In this document: one piece after another, positions 33,549 through 38,282 of the stretch
How positions within the stretch are numbered: position 1 is the first letter of the stretch
How the letters are laid out: every line of letters begins with the position of its first letter
IMG/VR virus record: IMGVR_UViG_3300011894_000001
Coordinates: 1 to 38,282 of that record
Origin: a virus
DNA length: 38,282 nt
Direction: 5' to 3' (one strand)
Translations under genes and position numbers: made by a program
The notes under the pieces: model-generated
Told to the model about the DNA's origin: nothing
The model's database searches: none
What the model saw: only the letters and a program-made list of their open reading frames with translations

Positions 33549-34142
33549 ATGTTTAAGTTAAATATTTCAACACAAGCGTGTATGCAAGCTTCACTGCCGA
33601 TTTCTTTAGATGTTGCAGAATATCTAAAAACTCGTTTGCAAAAAGAGGAAGTTAAACGCGACGAACTTCTTAAAACAATTGGTTATCCAGTTGGAGTGGG
33701 TTCAAATTCTGGTTCATTTTTAGATAGTGTTTATAACTTTGCTAACGCAATTTTAAAGGACTCAAATGCTGAGGTTTTCAAAGTCCAAATTGAAGCTATT
33801 CCTGCTCACCAAAAATTAAATGTTTTTAAAGGGAAAGATGAAAAGCCAAAAGAGGATTGTCCAGTCGTTGTGTTTTTTGCCAATCAAACTATTGAAGCAG
33901 ATGTTGTTTATTGCAAAGCATGTAAAGCATGGCATACACGAAAAGGGAACCTTAATGAAGATCGCATTCACCAATGGGTATATGCAGACGATTTCTACAA
34001 CTTATTGAAGTTTCCTGAATTCCCTCAAGCCAAAACCAATAAAGAAGAAGTTCCAGAGCAATTAGTAAAACTTCTTTTACTTAAAGCCATTTTTGGTGCA
34101 GCTACGTCTTCAAATGATCGTAGCCACATTAAATTTCACTAA
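33549..34142 (+). CDS. Hypothetical 197-aa early protein
   Basis: ATG 33549 with AAAGGA upstream. The track start at 33387 overlaps the primase-helicase gene. Confidence 0.55.
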   Translation: MFKLNISTQACMQASLPISLDVAEYLKTRLQKEEVKRDELLKTIGYPVGVGSNSGSFLDSVYNFANAILKDSNAEVFKVQIEAIPAHQKLNVFKGKDEKPKEDCPVVVFFANQTIEADVVYCKACKAWHTRKGNLNEDRIHQWVYADDFYNLLKFPEFPQAKTNKEEVPEQLVKLLLLKAIFGAATSSNDRSHIKFH

Positions 34143-34154
34143 TTTTTATGAGCA

Positions 34155-34184
34155 CACATACAGAAGCGGCCACTTCTGTATGTG
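34155..34184 (+). promoter_or_regulatory. Perfect 12-bp stem-loop between early genes
   Basis: CACATACAGAAG-CGGCCA-CTTCTGTATGTG with no U-tract. Function unknown. Confidence 0.35.
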
Positions 34185-34208
34185 CCACACAATCACCGGA
34201 GAGCAATT

Positions 34209-34751
34209 ATGCAAAACGATTCTAACGTAGAAACCACTCAAGCGGAAATCAAACCATTTCCACGTCAACTAATCAGCGACATGTGGGATTCAAATGTCAC
34301 TTTTGACACTATCCTTCATATTCCTACTCTTTTGGCATCTAGTTCAGAACAGGTATCTGATAAATTCCAAGAGTTTCTTGATGATGCCTATGAAGAATGG
34401 CAAAGCTCCCTACTACTTGAGCAATGTCCAGCTCTTAAATCAACATTAAAGGAAATACGTGAAAATAATGACATAAAACATTATGCAGGCGAAGTATTGC
34501 AAGACTTTCACCGTGCTTGCGGTGATTTTGAATTCTTAATTGAGATTGAAATCAGAATACCTTTTAACTTCCGATTTGATAAAGATGGTAAATATCAATC
34601 AAACAGTTTAGGTGATTATTTCCGTGTGCAATGGATCTTGGCAAAAAACATGGTTGATGCTGCTCAAATTGCGATAAAAATTGCTGAAGAACTTCACTCA
34701 GTAGAAGAAGCCAAAGCTCGTAAAGAACAAGGCTTGGAGGCTCAATCATGA
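34209..34751 (+). CDS. Hypothetical 180-aa acidic early protein
   Basis: GGAGAG lies 6 nt upstream of ATG 34209. The track start GTG 34182 lies in the hairpin. Confidence 0.55.
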   Translation: MQNDSNVETTQAEIKPFPRQLISDMWDSNVTFDTILHIPTLLASSSEQVSDKFQEFLDDAYEEWQSSLLLEQCPALKSTLKEIRENNDIKHYAGEVLQDFHRACGDFEFLIEIEIRIPFNFRFDKDGKYQSNSLGDYFRVQWILAKNMVDAAQIAIKIAEELHSVEEAKARKEQGLEAQS

Positions 34752-35266
34752 AATATTCAGTCGATCCAAAGTTCAAAGAATATTACATAGAATTAGTAGG
34801 CGAAGAAAATGCAGATTTCACAGTAGATAAAAATGGTTTGCTTGAAGATCGTGATGCATTTTTGGCGCATGCATGCTGGGAATACAAAGAAAATCAATTA
34901 AAGGCCTATCAGGAGCAGATAGAAAATTTAAAGCTTCAAAATGACTGCATGATTGATCAAACATGGTTCATGAAAGGCACACCTGTAGCAAATCTTATTA
35001 AACATGCTGAAGGTGTTTATAAAGCTGAAGTGGCAGCGCAGAACTCCAAAATCAAATTTGGCACTGATGATAATGAACATTGGTTTGCTTATGAGGTTCC
35101 ATTCTTTGGAACTGTTCAAATCGACCGTATCGAAGAGCACCGTTTAGTTGAGTGGGATATCCATTTTAATGAATGTTGGCAAGGGCCCTTTAACTCTAAG
35201 CAACAATGCATTCAGCACTTAGAAGAATGTATTGCTGAAAAACGTCAAGAAGTTAAGGAGGGATAA
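34748..35266 (+). CDS. Hypothetical 172-aa early protein
   Basis: ATGA overlap with the upstream gene. No family recognised. Confidence 0.55.
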   Translation: MKYSVDPKFKEYYIELVGEENADFTVDKNGLLEDRDAFLAHACWEYKENQLKAYQEQIENLKLQNDCMIDQTWFMKGTPVANLIKHAEGVYKAEVAAQNSKIKFGTDDNEHWFAYEVPFFGTVQIDRIEEHRLVEWDIHFNECWQGPFNSKQQCIQHLEECIAEKRQEVKEG

Positions 35267-35268
35267 CC

Positions 35269-35538
35269 ATGTCTACAAAAAAATACCAGGTACGTATTCG
35301 TAAAGATTTATCAAATAGCCCAATTCAACAAAAAGCAGCTTCATTGCTTGGGGCTTGTGCTGTTTCAGAAATCAGAACTTTGATTGGAAACTTTGAAAGT
35401 CTTAAAGATGCATTTGAAAAAATGGCAACTGTTAAACGTCTAGAAGAATACGAAATTATTTCGATCATCCTAATTGATACAGATAATAGCGAACAGCTTG
35501 GCGAAGATTTTGATTGGGAGAATGAAAGCCATGTCTAA
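35269..35538 (+). CDS. Hypothetical 89-aa early protein
   Basis: GGAGGG RBS, tightly packed in the operon. Confidence 0.5.
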   Translation: MSTKKYQVRIRKDLSNSPIQQKAASLLGACAVSEIRTLIGNFESLKDAFEKMATVKRLEEYEIISIILIDTDNSEQLGEDFDWENESHV

Positions 35539-35863
35539 ATATCATTGCAAGTGTGGTGGCCTAAAACTTCCTGATTTTGAATCTTACAAAGTAGGTGATG
35601 AAGTCAACTTCATGATCCAAAAAAGAGAAGGTGTGTATCAGGGGAAAATTGCCGTTAGTCAAAAAGCACATAACGGCACAATCACTGAAATTAAAGGTGA
35701 TGAAATCACCGTTAAAACTCATGTAAGAACCTATGTTCTATACAGATATGAAATGACTCCAAAGGAAGCACCAGGACCAATTGATTATTTTCGGATTGGT
35801 CAATGCCGATGTGAGCTTGATAAACAAGGTAAAGTAGGGAAAACACATGCAGTTCAACCTTAA
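35531..35863 (+). CDS. Hypothetical 110-aa Cys-containing protein
   Basis: GGGAGA lies 11 nt upstream of ATG 35531. CKCGG and CRCE pairs suggest possible metal binding. Confidence 0.5.
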   Translation: MSKYHCKCGGLKLPDFESYKVGDEVNFMIQKREGVYQGKIAVSQKAHNGTITEIKGDEITVKTHVRTYVLYRYEMTPKEAPGPIDYFRIGQCRCELDKQGKVGKTHAVQP

Positions 35864-35935
35864 AAATGCAATGTTTTTCAATCTGATTTTCTCAATTTTG
35901 GTGAGCACATCAATACTGGTCTTTGGAGAATATTA

Positions 35936-36676
35936 ATGACAGCACTAATTTTTGATACTGAAACCCATAAACTGCATGGCGATATCATTGAAGCAGCTGC
36001 TATTGAAGTCATTTTTCCCAGCTTCAGAACTGATATTCCAATCATGCAAACGATGTTTGATTTCACTAAACGTTATAAGCCAAGTGAACCAATTTCTATA
36101 GCTGCAATGGCTGTGCACCACATTGTTGATGAGGATCTTGAGAAATGCCCATCTTTTACGAAGTTCCAACTTCCAAAAGATGATGTTCAATACTTAATCG
36201 GCCATAACATTGATTATGATATTGCTGCAATAAACCGTGCCGGTGTTGTGACTAAAGGTATTAAGGCGATCTGTACATTGGCAATGGCCAGATCCTTATG
36301 GCCAACATTGGAATCACATAACCTTTCTGCGCTTGCGTACCAAATTAGCAATAATCGTAAGTCGACTCGTCGTGGTTTGCGGAACTCTCATTCAGCTTTA
36401 AACGATTGCAAAACTACATATTCACTTTTGCTTGAGATTGTGCGAACTAAAGGCATTAAATCCTTTGAAGAGCTGTATGAGTTTTCAGAACAGGCAAGAT
36501 ACCCAACCCATATTTTTTACGGTAAATATAAAGGTTGGGCAATCAAGGATATGGATGACAGAGATATTCATTGGTTAATGAACAAAACTCTTGATGGATA
36601 TCTCCATATGGCTCTCGAAAATGAACTACTTTCTAGAAATAGTATAGACGAAGAAGACGAGTTGCCTTTCATTTAA
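35936..36676 (+). CDS. DnaQ-like (DEDDh) 3'-5' exonuclease
   Basis: Exo I FDTET, Exo II GHNIDYD, Exo III HSALNDC. Confidence 0.8.
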   Translation: MTALIFDTETHKLHGDIIEAAAIEVIFPSFRTDIPIMQTMFDFTKRYKPSEPISIAAMAVHHIVDEDLEKCPSFTKFQLPKDDVQYLIGHNIDYDIAAINRAGVVTKGIKAICTLAMARSLWPTLESHNLSALAYQISNNRKSTRRGLRNSHSALNDCKTTYSLLLEIVRTKGIKSFEELYEFSEQARYPTHIFYGKYKGWAIKDMDDRDIHWLMNKTLDGYLHMALENELLSRNSIDEEDELPFI

Positions 36677-36689
36677 CTGCGCACCTCTT

Positions 36690-36713
36690 ATGCACCCCCG
36701 TTCGGGGGTGCAT
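36690..36713 (+). promoter_or_regulatory. GC-rich 10-bp stem-loop between exonuclease and integrase genes
   Basis: ATGCACCCCC-GTTC-GGGGGTGCAT with no clear U-tract. Confidence 0.4.
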
Positions 36714-36767
36714 TCCTCTAAAATCTCTCTAAATATTTTTATAGAATACTTAAATGTAGGTCGAATA

Positions 36768-37928
36768 ATGTCTGCAGGGCTAGAAATACGTGGGAAATCG
36801 TTGCGAATTTGGATGCGACCGATCGCCACAGAATCAATTATTAAAGAAACGTTAGACTGGGACTTTACTCCAGAGAATCAAGATAGAGCTGAAAAGCTTG
36901 CTAGTTTAATTAAATTGGAAATCCAACTTGGCCAGTTTAGCTTGGCCAAACATTTTCCAAACTCTAAACACTTAAAAAAGAATCAAGTTAGTTATTATGC
37001 TCAACAATATCTGAGCCAGACGATTAAAGAAGTTGCACCAAGTACTTACGATTCATATAAGGGACATGTTTACAATCATATAATCCCAAAGTGGGGTCAA
37101 ATTAATCCCAAAGATATCAATACAAACATGCTTAGAAAGTGGATTGAGCACTTAAAAGAGAATTTAAACAATAAGACCGTACGAGAAATTATTACTCGTT
37201 TTTCACAAATCCATGCCATTTGGCGCGATGAACGTCAAATGCCTTACAACCCTTTTGAAAACATAGTAATCCACCAAGTTGATACGCCAGAACCAGATCC
37301 GTTTAGCAAAGTTGAAATTGCAATGATATTGAACACTGAAACGGATCTAGATATTCAAAACTTGTTGCCATGCTTATTTTGGACTGGACTTTCAATGTCG
37401 GAACAGATCCCGATCGCATGGGAAGATATAGATCTGGAGAAGGGTACTATTCAGATTTCGAGATCATATGTTCGTGGAATTTATCGAGTAACTAAAAACC
37501 GACGTAGAAAGAGAAAAATTAAACTTCTCGAGCCGGCAATTACAGCGCTTAGAAAACAGTACCAAATTACTGGTAATGCTCGAGCAAAAACTATTGAAGT
37601 ACTTCAGCGTGACAATAAGACCAAGAGACAAGAAAAGGTTAGATTTGTCTGGATTAACCATGAACGGTCGAATCACTTTGAATATCATGAATTACGCTAT
37701 CGTTGGAATAAGCACTTAAAGAAGGCGAAAGTGCGTAAACGTGGTATTAACCAAGGTCGACATACGTTCGCCAGTCAGCTTTTAACATCTGGCCAAGTAC
37801 CTCCAGAGTGGATTGCCGAGCAGCTTGGCCACAGTGATACTTCTATGATTTATAAACATTACGGAAAACTTATTGCAGAGGATCTGCCAGACTATATTAC
37901 GAAGCTAAACAACTACATCACGATGTAA
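36768..37928 (+). CDS. int: Tyrosine integrase (P2/P4-type with N-terminal arm-binding domain)
   Basis: N-terminus MSAGLEIRGKSLRIWM is typical of the arm-binding domain. C-terminus GRHTFAS...LGHSDTSMIYKHYGK carries the catalytic H/R...Y. Last gene before the att region. Confidence 0.9.
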   Translation: MSAGLEIRGKSLRIWMRPIATESIIKETLDWDFTPENQDRAEKLASLIKLEIQLGQFSLAKHFPNSKHLKKNQVSYYAQQYLSQTIKEVAPSTYDSYKGHVYNHIIPKWGQINPKDINTNMLRKWIEHLKENLNNKTVREIITRFSQIHAIWRDERQMPYNPFENIVIHQVDTPEPDPFSKVEIAMILNTETDLDIQNLLPCLFWTGLSMSEQIPIAWEDIDLEKGTIQISRSYVRGIYRVTKNRRRKRKIKLLEPAITALRKQYQITGNARAKTIEVLQRDNKTKRQEKVRFVWINHERSNHFEYHELRYRWNKHLKKAKVRKRGINQGRHTFASQLLTSGQVPPEWIAEQLGHSDTSMIYKHYGKLIAEDLPDYITKLNNYITM

Positions 37929-37980
37929 TTAGATTTACTTTAAACTTACTCTAAACATTACATTCAGATCCTAAACTAAG

Positions 37981-38007
37981 TGCCTATAACTCTAGGCACT
38001 TTTTTTA
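37981..38007 (+). terminator. Intrinsic terminator after int
   Basis: GTGCCTA-TAACTC-TAGGCAC followed by T7. Confidence 0.8.
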
Positions 38008-38009
38008 TT

Positions 38010-38034
38010 TATTACTCCATTACTTCAAATCGAA
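38010..38034 (+). repeat. 25-bp repeat TTATTACTccATTACTTCAAATCGA, partner of 524-548
   Basis: 23/25 identity with 524-548, with an exact 15-mer shared. Confidence 0.6.
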
Positions 38035-38198
38035 TATACCAGCCAATAAAGGTTAAACCTTTGATTGAGTACGGCTCTAAAAGTGGCCATAAAAACTATA
38101 AAAGTTTGGCCATGAATATCCCTAAAATTCCCATATTAAGTATTTTTCTAAACCCCACGTAAGCTAAATATATGATTTATATATATCTATAGGCTTAA

Positions 38199-38231
38199 TT
38201 GTGTTGGGTTCGAATCCCGTCATTCACCCCA
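38199..38231 (+). pseudogene. 3' fragment of a tRNA-His-like gene (T arm + acceptor strand + CCA), no 5' half present
   Basis: TTGTGTTGGGTTCGAATCCCGTCATTCACCCCA resembles the 3' end of gammaproteobacterial tRNA-His (GGGTTCGAATCCC...CACCCCA). The upstream sequence is AT-rich and not tRNA-like. Confidence 0.5.
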
Positions 38232-38235
38232 ATTT

Positions 38236-38282
38236 CGGAGCATAGCACAGCCTGGTAGTGCACCTGGTTTGGGACCAGGGGG
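38236..38282 (+). tRNA. tRNA-Pro (UGG), nt 1-47, cut off by window end
   Basis: CGGAGCATAGCACAGCC... is identical to the left-end copy over 43 nt and supplies the 5' acceptor strand CGGAGCA complementary to TGCTCCG at 61-67. Confidence 0.85.

Larger units (their letters stand above)
1..38282. mobile_element. P2-like temperate myophage genome / prophage, one genome equivalent between identical 43-nt terminal segments
   Basis: Collinear P2 order: Q,P (minus) then O-N-M-L-X-lysis-R-S-V-W-J-I-H-G-FI-FII-E/E'-T-U-D-ogr. Cargo, repressor/switch, replication and int follow. Bases 1-43 equal 38240-38282. Confidence 0.9.

Noticed and set aside
37980-38162. 60-aa ORF downstream of int
   Set aside because: It starts in the int terminator and runs through the repeat/att region, with no RBS.
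1-38282. Search for CRISPR arrays, rRNA, transposase/IS elements, reverse transcriptases and recognised toxin or antibiotic-resistance genes
   Set aside because: No regularly spaced repeat arrays were seen by eye. No transposase-like or RT-like ORFs were seen either. The integrase is the only recombinase.

Overview
The window holds one complete genome equivalent of a P2-like (Peduovirinae-type) temperate myophage or prophage. The DNA is visibly AT-rich, and an Acinetobacter/Moraxellaceae-like gammaproteobacterial host is only an inference. Bases 1-43 are identical to 38240-38282. Both copies lie inside a tRNA-Pro(UGG) sequence, so the window is either a circularly permuted 38,239-bp genome opened in its attP or a prophage cut at its att repeats.

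Gene order, left to right:
- tRNA-Pro, then an AT-rich region full of ATTACT repeats (candidate integrase arm sites).
- A small cargo ORF and a GC-rich candidate cos site.
- Portal and large terminase on the minus strand.
- A collinear P2 late cluster on the plus strand: O, N, M, L, X, two membrane/holin proteins, a PG-binding muramidase, R, S, V, W, J, I, H, G, FI, FII, E/E+E' (with a readable -1 frameshift), T, U and D.
- A Mu-like com zinc-finger gene overlapping a Dam-type methylase on the minus strand.
- An Ogr/Delta-type late activator.
- About 4 kb of very AT-rich accessory cargo.
- An immunity/switch region: an HTH repressor divergent from three small RHH-like genes.
- A Toprim/P-loop primase-helicase, five unknown early genes, a DnaQ-like exonuclease and a tyrosine integrase.
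- A tRNA-His 3' fragment next to the second tRNA-Pro copy.

Three near-identical 21-bp dyad elements (TTGTAT-N9-ATACAA) mark the late promoters.

Most interesting signals:
1. An unannotated, GC-rich RNA-based module at about 27.85-28.31 kb. Its bipartite complementary boxes are arranged like P1/P7 c4-icd-ant or P4 CI seqA/B/C. It sits upstream of a missed 56-codon membrane-peptide ORF and a Rha-type antirepressor-like gene.
2. Cargo cassettes in the position where P2-like phages carry anti-phage genes. One is a helical/TPR-like plus HEPN-like pair. Another is a small protein plus a C-terminally membrane-anchored protein. The third is a secreted protein plus a small protein.
3. The com-dam module, whose hairpin sequesters the methylase Shine-Dalgarno.

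All functional calls rest on remembered family signatures and synteny. No database search was possible.
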